DNA of 64,000 nucleotides from an uncultured Phycisphaeraceae bacterium. GTDB taxonomy: Bacteria > Planctomycetota > Phycisphaerae > Phycisphaerales > UBA1924. This document shows positions 10,028 through 19,241 of this stretch, piece after piece (position 1 is the stretch's first letter; each line of letters begins with the position of its first letter). Below the pieces are notes generated by a model that saw nothing but the letters and a program-made list of their open reading frames with translations, did no database searches and was not told the origin of the DNA. The stretch covers positions 212,975-276,974 of the forward strand of contig CAYVIJ010000001.1 of the NCBI GenBank assembly GCA_964451515.1. Direction: 5' to 3'. A program made the position numbers and the translations under genes.

Positions 10028-10456
10028 CTAGGGGCCGGAGCGCTCGTCGCCCGGGAGACGGTCGCGAGGCGATGGGGAAGCGGGCGAAGACGTCCGGTTG
10101 GAGGTGAAGGCGATGCCCTCCAGGCGGGCGACGGTGCGCGGGCCGATGCCGGGCACCCGCTGAAGATCCTCGATGGAGGGGAAGGGGCCCTCGGAAGACC
10201 GGCTTTCCACGATGCGCTGCGCCAGTCTGGGCCCGATGCCGGGCAGCGTCTGGAGCAGGGGCGCCGACGCCGTGTTGATGTCGATACGCTGCTCGAAGGC
10301 GCCTGACGCGGCGCCTGGGACAACCATTGCGGCGGCGGGCGGACGTGTGATCTCTCGGAGCAGTCCTGCGCAGGCGAGGATGAGCAGCAGCGCTGCGGCG
10401 GCGGCGACGCCGCGTCGGGCGGCTCGGTGTTGATTCGTCGTGGGCTCAGACATCAC
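10028..10456 (-). CDS. comEA: ComEA-like helix-hairpin-helix DNA-binding protein
   Basis: There is an N-terminal TM helix. Two HhH motifs follow (INTASAPLLQTLPGIGPRLAQRIV; LQRVPGIGPRTVARL). Confidence 0.75.
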   Translation of the reverse strand: MMSEPTTNQHRAARRGVAAAAALLLILACAGLLREITRPPAAAMVVPGAASGAFEQRIDINTASAPLLQTLPGIGPRLAQRIVESRSSEGPFPSIEDLQRVPGIGPRTVARLEGIAFTSNRTSSPASPSPRDRLPGDERSGP

Positions 10457-10480
10457 GGGCGCCGGGCTGTCGGACGTGGC

Positions 10481-12166
10481 TTATAGCTCATTCCGGGCCA
10501 GCTCCGCGAAGCCCCGCCCCTGTTTGAGATGGTCGTGGATGGCGCGGATGCGCGACAGAGACGCCTTGGCCTTGCCGCTGGCGTCGATCAGTCCGGTGTG
10601 CGTCTCCTCGCCCGCGAGGTCGTAGAGCTCCTGCCAGCAGACGGAGGAGACGAAGGGGTTGGCGAAGGCGACCGAGCAGGCGTGGGCGAGCCAGGAGGCC
10701 TGCGTCGGCTCCGACCACGCCTGCCGCCAGTGCCCGGGATCGAACACGCCCTCCGAGCCCAGCGACTCAGCCTTGGGCGGCTGGCTCGGGGCGGCGAGGG
10801 CGGAGATCGAGATGGGCTTCTCGAACTCCGCGACCCGGTCCAGCAGGTCGGCCATCTGGATCAGGTCGCGCGTGGCGGCGCCGGGCTGCGCCTCGCCCAT
10901 CTCGATGCGAACGCCGATGGCGTCCACCGCGACGCCCGCCTGAAAAAGCAGCTCGAGATAGAGCAGCGGTGAGAGCGACTGCGGGTTCTCGAAGATGTAC
11001 TCGCCGAAGGGCTGAGCGATCTCCACCTGGATGCGGGCGCTGGGCTGGAGCTTGCGGACGAGCAGCGCTGCGAGGCGTGTCAGATCGATGATCTGATCGA
11101 GCTCGAGCGTGAAATTTGCGTTGACGTGGAGCGCCGAGGCGATGGTCCAGCTTGTGACCGTTCGCCGGTAGCGCGTCACCACGCGCTTCAGATGCTCATA
11201 CACCACCTCGCGCAGCGTCTCGTAGTCATTCTCCCAGATATAGAGCCAGTCGGGCGTGGCGCGCGGGCTGAGATCGATGAGCGGGCCGCCGGCGATCGGC
11301 AGCTTCGCCTTACGCACTGCCCATTCGATCCAGCGATCCGTCTTGCCGAAAAAATAGCGCCCCTCCTCGGGCTCGAAGCCCGACCAGCGCATGGGCATGG
11401 TGACGAAGTCGAACGTCTCCGAGACCACGCGCTGCAACGGCTCGGCGAAATGCGTCGGATCGATGACGCACCCCAGACGCGGACGCGCGGAGGCGTCCCC
11501 GGGCGCCATCGCTTCCAGCCGGCGCGCGATCGAGCGCTCGGCGTGCGTCTCCGTCAGCCGCTCCGACGCGCGGAGGGCGGCGGTGATCGCCTCTCTCGCC
11601 AGCCGATCCTGCTCCACGCCGAATTCGCCCTTCGCTGTGGGAGACTGGCAAAGCGCCTCGGTGAACGCCTTCCGCGCCTCCGCAAGCGCCATCAGCGCCG
11701 GATGCTCCGCCGGCAGATCCGTCAGGCCCCACTCCTCCAGCTTCACGAGAAAGAGCATGATCCGCTTCCGCGCCAGCTCCAGCGAGAGCAGATAGGGCGC
11801 CTCGCGATCGGGGAGCAGGCAGGTGTCCAGCACCATCGACCCCCACTCGGGATCCTCCCACAGCAGGGCCAGAGCTGTGGCGCCCCGGGAGCGGCTCTGG
11901 ACTTCGATATGCCCGTCGCTGAAGCCGATTTCGCCTGGAACCACCGCGCTGTCAGGGCCCAGCAGATGTGCTCGACGGAGCGGAAAGCTCCGGGCGGGGC
12001 CACGTCCATCCAGCACAGCGAAGCGAAGCATGCGGTCGGCGATCCTCGGCAGCGGCCCCGCCGGGGCGGGCCTGGGAGCGGGAGCGGGTGTCGGGTCCCA
12101 TTGTGGCCGCTCGCCGTTCTTTGACAAGCCGCGTCGGAGCAGGGATTTGAATCGTGAGCCCGTCAC
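10481..12166 (-). CDS. Hypothetical protein, possibly a TIM-barrel glycoside-hydrolase-like enzyme
   Basis: WENDYETLREVV and VRIEMGE could be clan GH-A-like acid/base and nucleophile strands. No definitive signature was seen. Confidence 0.3.
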   Translation of the reverse strand: MTGSRFKSLLRRGLSKNGERPQWDPTPAPAPRPAPAGPLPRIADRMLRFAVLDGRGPARSFPLRRAHLLGPDSAVVPGEIGFSDGHIEVQSRSRGATALALLWEDPEWGSMVLDTCLLPDREAPYLLSLELARKRIMLFLVKLEEWGLTDLPAEHPALMALAEARKAFTEALCQSPTAKGEFGVEQDRLAREAITAALRASERLTETHAERSIARRLEAMAPGDASARPRLGCVIDPTHFAEPLQRVVSETFDFVTMPMRWSGFEPEEGRYFFGKTDRWIEWAVRKAKLPIAGGPLIDLSPRATPDWLYIWENDYETLREVVYEHLKRVVTRYRRTVTSWTIASALHVNANFTLELDQIIDLTRLAALLVRKLQPSARIQVEIAQPFGEYIFENPQSLSPLLYLELLFQAGVAVDAIGVRIEMGEAQPGAATRDLIQMADLLDRVAEFEKPISISALAAPSQPPKAESLGSEGVFDPGHWRQAWSEPTQASWLAHACSVAFANPFVSSVCWQELYDLAGEETHTGLIDASGKAKASLSRIRAIHDHLKQGRGFAELARNEL

Positions 12167-12231
12167 GCGTTCTCACTCGGGAGTCGGCGCCCCCTCTTGC
12201 AGCCGCCGCCCGGAGGGGCGACCTTGACGTC

Positions 12232-13170
12232 ATGCAGCGCGCCCTTGTTCGCACCGATCTCCCCCTTCCCGAGCGGCGTGAGGGAAAAGTGAGGGACATC
12301 TACTTCCTTGAAGGCGGCTCTTCGAGGGACGGGGCGGAGCGGATCGTCATCATCGCGACGGATCGGATCTCCGCGTTCGACGTCGTGCTCCCGACGCCGA
12401 TCCCGGGTAAAGGCAGGCTCCTGACCGACATTTCTGCGCGCTGGATGCGCTGGATCGAGGGGCAAGGGCTGTGTCGGACGTACTTGGAATCGACCGATCC
12501 CGAAGAGATCCCCCACCTGAGCGCCGAGGATCGAAGGCTGATCGAGGGACGCGTCATGATGGGGCGTCGGTGCGGCGTCGTGCCGATCGAATGCGTGGTG
12601 CGGGGCTATCTCGCGGGCTCGGGGTGGGTCGAGTATCGCGAGCGATCCAGCGTCTGCGGCGTTCCTCTGCCGGAGGGGCTCCTCCAGGGAGATCGGCTCC
12701 CCGAGCCGATCTTCACCCCCGCCACGAAAGCCGAGCAAGGGGCGCACGATGAGAACATCTCCTTCGAGCGCGCCTGCACGATCGCGGGCGAAGCCGTCAT
12801 GGAGCGTCTGCGCGCTCGCTCGCTCGCGATCTACAGGGCCGCGTCGGCGTACGCGTTCGAGCGCGGACTGATCCTCGCCGATACGAAGTTTGAGTTCGGG
12901 TCGCCCCGCGGGGAGGAGGCGGATCCAGAGAGTCTGATCCTGGTGGACGAGGCCCTCACGCCCGATTCCTCGCGCTACTGGCCTGCGGAGGACTGGCGCC
13001 CGGGACGGGACCAGCCCAGCTTCGACAAACAGTTCGTGCGGGAGCACCTGCTGAGGGTCGTCGAGCGGGGCGAATGGGACAAATCGCCGCCTGGCCCGGT
13101 GCTTCCGGAGCCCGTCGTTCGGGCCACACTGGAGCGCTACGAGGAAGCGCGCCGCCGACTCTTCGGATAA
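12232..13170 (+). CDS. purC: Phosphoribosylaminoimidazole-succinocarboxamide synthase (SAICAR synthetase)
   Basis: Motifs EGKVRDIYFLE, ATDRISAFDVVL and LADTKFEFG match SAICAR synthetase. The raw ORF starts at 12154, but the conserved N-terminus begins at MQRALV (12232). Confidence 0.85.
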   Translation: MQRALVRTDLPLPERREGKVRDIYFLEGGSSRDGAERIVIIATDRISAFDVVLPTPIPGKGRLLTDISARWMRWIEGQGLCRTYLESTDPEEIPHLSAEDRRLIEGRVMMGRRCGVVPIECVVRGYLAGSGWVEYRERSSVCGVPLPEGLLQGDRLPEPIFTPATKAEQGAHDENISFERACTIAGEAVMERLRARSLAIYRAASAYAFERGLILADTKFEFGSPRGEEADPESLILVDEALTPDSSRYWPAEDWRPGRDQPSFDKQFVREHLLRVVERGEWDKSPPGPVLPEPVVRATLERYEEARRRLFG

Positions 13171-13258
13171 TCCGCACGGAGGCGTTATTCTGGACGCTCC
13201 AACGCTCCCCGTCCGATGGAGGCGTTCGACGCGGGGCCGTCTTGCCTGGAGGAGGCTG

Positions 13259-13639
13259 ATGAGCCGGGAATCGCTGCCCACGACACGGGAATCCGTCACG
13301 CACAAGTTCAGCGTCGGCGGGCACGAGGGCTATCTCACGATCGGCTTCCACTCCGACGGGCGACCAGGTGAGATCTTCCTGAAAATGGCGAAGGAGGGCT
13401 CCACGCTGTCCGGAATGTGTCAGGCGTTCTGCCGGGCCTTCAGCCTCTCGCTTCAGCACGGCCTGACCGTCGAGGACGCCGTGATCCGTTTCAAGGGCAT
13501 GCGCTTCGAGCCGTTGGGCCCCACCAGCAACTCCGAGATCCCTGAAGCCTCGTCGATTGTCGACTACGTGGCCCGATATCTCGAGAAGAACTGGACCGCC
13601 GCCGCCCGGCGTGAGATGGCGGCCGGCCGCCCCGCCTGA
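13259..13639 (+). CDS. TSCPD-domain protein (stand-alone domain homologous to the class II ribonucleotide reductase C-terminus)
   Basis: HKFSVGGHEGYLTIGFHSDGRPGEIFLKMAKEGSTLSGMCQAF matches the TSCPD signature. Confidence 0.7.
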   Translation: MSRESLPTTRESVTHKFSVGGHEGYLTIGFHSDGRPGEIFLKMAKEGSTLSGMCQAFCRAFSLSLQHGLTVEDAVIRFKGMRFEPLGPTSNSEIPEASSIVDYVARYLEKNWTAAARREMAAGRPA

Positions 13640-13857
13640 CGGGCCGGGACCCGAACTTCCGCCCTAGGGTTGACGTCAGAAAACCAGTGCTCTCCGTCCC
13701 GATCATGCCGCCTGGCGAAGGGATGCGGTTCATGGCTTTCCTCGTTTGCCACCTTCCCCCGTCCTCGCTGACCCGCAGCGACGCTGGAACCGATGCTGTG
13801 CCAAGCGTTTGTGCGTTCGGGCGCCGCTGTGCGCCAACACGAAGCGGGAGAAGGTCC

Positions 13858-16479
13858 ATGCGACGGAACGCTGGCAACCGAATCAGGGTTTTGACAAGTC
13901 GCCTCGCCCGGCCCCTGGCCGTTCTGGCGGCCTGCGTTTTCGTGACTCCTCGCGTCGCCTCGGCGCCACCGGACGCGATGCTCGAGTATCGGGATATCCC
14001 CGAGCCGACACGCGTGGTCGTCGAGATGGAGTCGGATCTGCTCGCGTACGACCTGTGCTGGTCCGACGATGTCGAGTCGGCGCGCGCGGCGCTGGCGCAG
14101 CGAATCATCAAAGAGGCGCCGGCCGCGGGGCTCTTCGTCGTCGAGCTGCCGGAGCTTCCGGAGCGGTGGAGGCCGATCAGTCCACGCTCCATGCGGACCA
14201 TGGATGGCGCCCTCATGGATCGGCGGCGCATCGCCCGCGGGATGCGCACCTACGAGGAAGATCTCGAGGAGGCCCTGGTCGATGTGCTCGGTCGCGTTCA
14301 AGAAGCGCTGCCCGAGGCGATGATCGCAATCGAGGGTTTCGCGCCGCGCCGGAGCCGGACGGGTCCGCTCTATGAGTCGCTCGTGGACTCCTTCGATTAC
14401 ATCTTCGTCGATGAGAACTTCGAGAAGCTCTTCCGCCGGTACGAGCGTCGGCGCGACATGGCTTGGAAGATCGAGCGCGAGTTCGACTGGCTCGAGAGCT
14501 TCGGCTGGGGTGGCGCCAGGCCGCTCGTTCTTCGATACGCCGACAAGTGGGTCTTCGCGGCCTACGAAGAGCTCCCGAGCGATGAGGCGATCACCGCCCG
14601 CAGCGAGGACGAGCTGCTTGACGAGGCGCCGGAGGACTTCGAGGAGCACACCGATCAGTTGGCGACGAACGACCTCCCCAAGCCCGCCGGAATCGAGCCG
14701 CCGGATTTGGAGCCCATCCCGACCGACCATATCGCGGGCCGCGGGGGCGGCTCTCTGGCGCCGGCGCCGACAGGGGCTGAGCCGGCGGCGGCCGCGCCGG
14801 AGAACCCGTACGACCTGAACTCCGACGGCGCCGTCAATCAGGCGGACACGAGCATCGTCCTCGGCTCTTGGGGAACGAACAACCCGCTTGTGGACTTCGA
14901 CGGCAGCGGCGAGGTGGACGCGCATGATCTTGCGCTCATTCTGGGCTCCTACACCACGCCCGCAGAGCCCGAGCCGGACAAGGACCCGCCCGCCGAGACA
15001 GGAACAACGCTTATCGCAGGCGACGGCTTCAGCGGGAGCACGCCGCAGCCCGGTCCTGTCGGCTCGCTGACGCAGGCGGGCTTCGACGCCAAGGCGATCG
15101 CGCGCTGGGATGTCGTGCCCTACCAGACGGTCGACGAGGCGTTCGGCGTCGGCGTGGCGGCGTTTCACATGAACGGGATTGATCGCGTCGAGTTCTCGCT
15201 CGAGGGCGGTCCCTGGATGGCGGTCGAGGACGCCACGCTCAATCCGCGCACGGGCGTCGAGGAATACTGGATCAACTTCGATCCCGCGGAAGTCGAGGAC
15301 GGGCTGGTCGAGATCCGCGCGGTCGTCTATCCGACCACAGGAGAGCCGCGCGTGCTGGCCGGGCCGATCGAAGAGGAATCCCTCATCACGGGCGAACACT
15401 CGATGTTTGTCAACGGCAACGCGGGCGGCTCGCTGCCGGTCGAAATCGTGACGCTTGGGCCATCGGACGATCTCGCGGCGGCGATCGCGAGCACGCCCGA
15501 GGGCGGGGAGATCCACCTGGGGCCGGGCGACTATGACATCGCGGACATGCGGCGGGCGAGGAAGATGAGCCGCTGGCTCACGATTCGCCCGGCGCCGGGC
15601 GTGGCGCGGGAGCAGGTGCGCATTCGTCCTCCCTTCGAGGAGGGCCGCCGCTACATGGTGATCAAGGGCCAGCTCATCCGCTGGAAGGATCTGACCTTCG
15701 ATCTAGCGCGCATTCAGCGCATCGTTCCCCACCCTCCGACGAGCAAGCATCCGGGCGACTCGCACTGGTTCGATGGGTGCTACTGGACCGACACCAACGG
15801 CTGGGATCACACTTATCCCAGGAACATTCCGACGCCTTTCAACGGAAGCGGCGTCTGGTATTCGACGGATTCGGAGTATTTCGACACTCGCTTCGGCCCG
15901 ATGCGCCACCAGCTCGTCCGCGGCGCCGACATCAGGCGGATCAGCGGCGAGGTCTTCGAAGGCTCGCGGGTCGTGATCGACACCGACATCGAGAACGTCG
16001 ACGGCTCAATCCTTGAAAACGCTGTGCACACCGACATCGTTCAGTGGCATGACTCTCGCCGTCGGCGTATTGAGAACCAGATTCTCTACGGCGTCCGCGG
16101 CCAGAGTCTCTTCTCGCAGCACTTCTTCCTGCGGACCGGCGGCGGCGCGACGTACGAGGACATCGCCTTCGTCGACATCATGTTCAAGACGAAGGACGAG
16201 ATCCGCCCCAGCACAGGCCGCCCGCTCCGTGACCATACGCGCAGTCAGCTCTACTGCTTCAACGATCACGTGATCTTCCGCAACGTGCGATCCGACATTC
16301 CGCTGAACCTGCGCACAGCGGACACAGTTGGAAACCCGGACGAGGGCTACGTCGCCAGGAATGTGGTTTTCGAGAACTGCGGGTTCCCCGCCAAGACCCG
16401 GCAGCAACTGGTCGTGGAGGCGCCCGAGGGGATTCTCGCTCACAACGTGTTCGAGTGGACCTGGTGGGAGAATGAGTGA
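13858..16479 (+). CDS. Large secreted protein with dockerin-type Ca-binding repeats and a C-terminal putative beta-helix/carbohydrate-active domain
   Basis: The start was trimmed to ATG 13858, which has a GGGAGAAGG RBS. The signal peptide is MRRNAGNRIRVLTSRLARPLAVLAACVFVTPRVASA. There are two dockerin-like repeats (DLNSDGAVNQADTSIVLGSWG; DFDGSGEVDAHDLALILGSY). Confidence 0.6.
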   Translation: MRRNAGNRIRVLTSRLARPLAVLAACVFVTPRVASAPPDAMLEYRDIPEPTRVVVEMESDLLAYDLCWSDDVESARAALAQRIIKEAPAAGLFVVELPELPERWRPISPRSMRTMDGALMDRRRIARGMRTYEEDLEEALVDVLGRVQEALPEAMIAIEGFAPRRSRTGPLYESLVDSFDYIFVDENFEKLFRRYERRRDMAWKIEREFDWLESFGWGGARPLVLRYADKWVFAAYEELPSDEAITARSEDELLDEAPEDFEEHTDQLATNDLPKPAGIEPPDLEPIPTDHIAGRGGGSLAPAPTGAEPAAAAPENPYDLNSDGAVNQADTSIVLGSWGTNNPLVDFDGSGEVDAHDLALILGSYTTPAEPEPDKDPPAETGTTLIAGDGFSGSTPQPGPVGSLTQAGFDAKAIARWDVVPYQTVDEAFGVGVAAFHMNGIDRVEFSLEGGPWMAVEDATLNPRTGVEEYWINFDPAEVEDGLVEIRAVVYPTTGEPRVLAGPIEEESLITGEHSMFVNGNAGGSLPVEIVTLGPSDDLAAAIASTPEGGEIHLGPGDYDIADMRRARKMSRWLTIRPAPGVAREQVRIRPPFEEGRRYMVIKGQLIRWKDLTFDLARIQRIVPHPPTSKHPGDSHWFDGCYWTDTNGWDHTYPRNIPTPFNGSGVWYSTDSEYFDTRFGPMRHQLVRGADIRRISGEVFEGSRVVIDTDIENVDGSILENAVHTDIVQWHDSRRRRIENQILYGVRGQSLFSQHFFLRTGGGATYEDIAFVDIMFKTKDEIRPSTGRPLRDHTRSQLYCFNDHVIFRNVRSDIPLNLRTADTVGNPDEGYVARNVVFENCGFPAKTRQQLVVEAPEGILAHNVFEWTWWENE

Positions 16480-18119
16480 CGGCCGGACGCGCTGAATCCG
16501 AGAGCGCCGCTTCCTCATCGGCCGACGGGCCGGAGGACGGCCCTCCAAGCGAGCAGAGCGGAGCCCCCGCAACGGCGCCCAATGGCGCCGTTGCTTCTTC
16601 GCGCGCCCGGGATCCCGAGCGCGAGCTCGCCACCGACGATCTGCTCGATGACCTTTCCGGACGATCCGTCCGCGGCGGCGCGGTGACGATCGTCACCCAG
16701 GCGTTGAAGTTCGTCCTGATGCTGGGCTCGACGGCGATCCTGGCCCGCATTCTCACGCCCGCCGACTTCGGCCTCTTCGCCATGGTGGTCGCGATCACCG
16801 GCTTTGTCGCGAAGTTCAAGGACGCGGGCCTCTCGACGGCCACCATTCAGCGCGAATCCGTCACGCACGCGCAGGTCTCGACGCTCTTCTGGATCAACGT
16901 CGGGCTCAGCCTCGCCATTCTCGCCGTGCTCTCGGCGCTGGCGCCGGTCGTCGCCTGGCTCTACGGGGAGCCGCAATTGACGATGGTGACCATCGCGCTC
17001 GCGGGCACGATCGTACTGGGCGGGCTGACGGTGCAGCACCAGGCCATCCTCCGACGGCGCATGCGATTCACAACGCTCGCCTTCATCGAGATCGCGTCGA
17101 TCGTCTCCGGCGTTGGGGCGGCGATCGCGCTCGCCCTGCTTGGCGCGCGCTACTGGGCGCTCGTCGCCCAGACCGCCGCCATCGCGCTGGTCAACTGCGT
17201 CCTTGTATGGGTCTTCTCGCCCTGGCGTCCGGGCCTGCCACGGCGCGATTCGCAGGTGGGCGGCATGGTCCGCTTTGGCGGCGGCATGTCCGTTTTTCAC
17301 CTCATGGACTACGCCGTCCGCAACCTCGACAACGTCCTCATCGGCTGGTGGCTCGGAGCGACTCCGCTGGGCGTCTACTCCAAGGCCTATGGCCTGCTCA
17401 TGATGCCGATTCGCAACTTTAACGCGCCGATCGGCGGCGTGCTGACGCCGGCGCTCAGCCGCCTTCAGAACGATCCGGAACGCTTCCGCGGCTTTTTCAT
17501 TCGTGTGGTCGCCGGCATCTCCTTCGTCACCGTTCCCGTCGTCGCCTTCCTGTTCGCCGACGCGCGCAACGCGATCCTCACCGTACTCGGCGATCAATGG
17601 CTGGACGCCGTGCCCGTCTTTCGATACCTCGCGCCCGCCGCCTTCTTCAGCGCGGTGAACGTCGCGCCGACATGGCTGTGCCTGGCGCTCGGCAACTCCG
17701 GTCGCGCGATGCGGTGGGCGCTGGTGAGTGCGCCGCTGACGCTGCTCGCCGTCGCGATCGCCCTCCCGTGGGGCATCGAAATGGTCGCCCTTGCGTTCAG
17801 CCTGAGCTGGACGCCCGCGTTTCTTGCCTTCGTCGTCTACGCCGCCCATCGCACGCCCGTCCGCACGACCGACATCGCCCTCGCCATGGCGCCCGTCGCC
17901 GGCGCGGCGATCGTAGCCGCGGGCGGAGCGTGGCTCATCTCGCAGTGGAGCTCCGACGCGCTCCCCCCGCCGCTCGCCTTGCTTGTCAACGGCGCCGCGT
18001 TCGCTCCGCTCTATCTGGGCTTGTTCGTCCTTCTTGGCGGTCTGCGCGTGTTGCCGCTCAGGCGTGTCGCTGGACATCTTCTGAAAAGGCGAGGCGAGGC
18101 GGGAGCGCTTCTCGGCTGA
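16476..18119 (+). CDS. wzx: Polysaccharide biosynthesis flippase (Wzx-like, PST/MOP family)
   Basis: The body has about 12 TM segments and PST-family topology. The N-terminus has a 60-aa acidic extension. It is the first gene of the EPS operon. Confidence 0.75.
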   Translation: MTAGRAESESAASSSADGPEDGPPSEQSGAPATAPNGAVASSRARDPERELATDDLLDDLSGRSVRGGAVTIVTQALKFVLMLGSTAILARILTPADFGLFAMVVAITGFVAKFKDAGLSTATIQRESVTHAQVSTLFWINVGLSLAILAVLSALAPVVAWLYGEPQLTMVTIALAGTIVLGGLTVQHQAILRRRMRFTTLAFIEIASIVSGVGAAIALALLGARYWALVAQTAAIALVNCVLVWVFSPWRPGLPRRDSQVGGMVRFGGGMSVFHLMDYAVRNLDNVLIGWWLGATPLGVYSKAYGLLMMPIRNFNAPIGGVLTPALSRLQNDPERFRGFFIRVVAGISFVTVPVVAFLFADARNAILTVLGDQWLDAVPVFRYLAPAAFFSAVNVAPTWLCLALGNSGRAMRWALVSAPLTLLAVAIALPWGIEMVALAFSLSWTPAFLAFVVYAAHRTPVRTTDIALAMAPVAGAAIVAAGGAWLISQWSSDALPPPLALLVNGAAFAPLYLGLFVLLGGLRVLPLRRVAGHLLKRRGEAGALLG

Positions 18120-18575
18120 GCTGCGTGAATGGCATTCGTTCCAGAGAGAGCAGATTCGTTTCGGTCAAGAGCGCAGGCGAGGCTGACGCGGCGCGGGTGG
18201 CGTTCGACACCTCCGCCAAGGCTGCGCGTCACTTCGTATTCCAAGGCGCGAATCGGCGCCGCTTCCGTGCGCCCTGCGCGTTCCCGCGTCCCTTCGCCCG
18301 GTCCGGCGCCCGCGTCTGTGACGTTGGCGTCAATCGCGCCGGGGACGCTCCTTCGCCGGCGCTTCGGCGGTCGGCGCGTCTCGGTCGTGCAGGCGGCAGT
18401 GGGGAAGCGCGTGGCTGGGCGGGTCTCCGCGTGTGCTCTCAGGACTCGCGTTCGCCGACGGATAAGACCCGGCGGACCCGGCGCAGCGGCTTCCGTGCTC
18501 CACCAGAATGAGTCGGCTCATATGCTTTCGCCATTCGGACGATCATGCCGCCGGCGCCCCTTCGTGGAGACCGAG

Positions 18576-19241
18576 ATGAGCACGACTCAGGACCGCTCGA
18601 TGGTTCCGGGCAAAGCCCACTATTCAGCAGAATACATCGACGGCGGACGCATGTTCAGCTTCGCCCACCAGATCGCGACCGTGGCGTCCTTTCAGCCACG
18701 CTCCGTTCTCGAGATTGGGGTCGGGCCGGGGCTCGTGTCCGGGACGCTGCGCACAGTGGGGTTCGAAGTGGTGACAATGGACGTCGAGCCAGAGCTGGAG
18801 CCCGACGTGGTGGGATCGGTCACTGACCTGCCCTTCGAGGATGAGTCACAGGATGTGGCGTTGTGCAGCCAGGTGCTCGAGCATCTGCCGTGGTCGGAGT
18901 GTCCTGTCGCGCTCTCGGAGCTCCATCGGGTGTGTCGGCTCGGGTTGGTGCTCAGTCTTCCCGACATCACGGCGCTGTACGAGATTCGCGTCCGCGCGCC
19001 GATCGTCGGACGGATCGAGAAACAGTTCTCGCGCTCCCTTCGCACGACTGAGGCCTGGCGGCGCGAGCGATGGGAGCAAATGGGCCACTACTGGGAGATC
19101 GGCTATGAAGGGAGTCGACTCGTCGATGTGCGGCGGACGATCGAGAACGTCGGGTTCCGTGTGGATCGAATCTGGCGCGTGAGTGAGTTGCCCTTTCACC
19201 GCTTCTTTCGGCTCGAAAAACGATCCGAGAAAGCGAGCTGA
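18576..19241 (+). CDS. Class I SAM-dependent methyltransferase
   Basis: The start was trimmed to ATG 18576. The GxGxG motif is LEIGVGPGL, followed by an acidic residue and LPFEDESQDVALCSQVLEHL (Methyltransf_11-like). Confidence 0.7.
   Translation: MSTTQDRSMVPGKAHYSAEYIDGGRMFSFAHQIATVASFQPRSVLEIGVGPGLVSGTLRTVGFEVVTMDVEPELEPDVVGSVTDLPFEDESQDVALCSQVLEHLPWSECPVALSELHRVCRLGLVLSLPDITALYEIRVRAPIVGRIEKQFSRSLRTTEAWRRERWEQMGHYWEIGYEGSRLVDVRRTIENVGFRVDRIWRVSELPFHRFFRLEKRSEKAS

Noticed and set aside
13564-15516. 650-aa minus-strand ORF
   Set aside because: It is antisense to the dockerin-repeat secreted protein and has no motifs.
16515-18077. 520-aa minus-strand ORF
   Set aside because: It is antisense to the Wzx flippase and its composition is Arg/Asp/Gly/Glu repeat-like.
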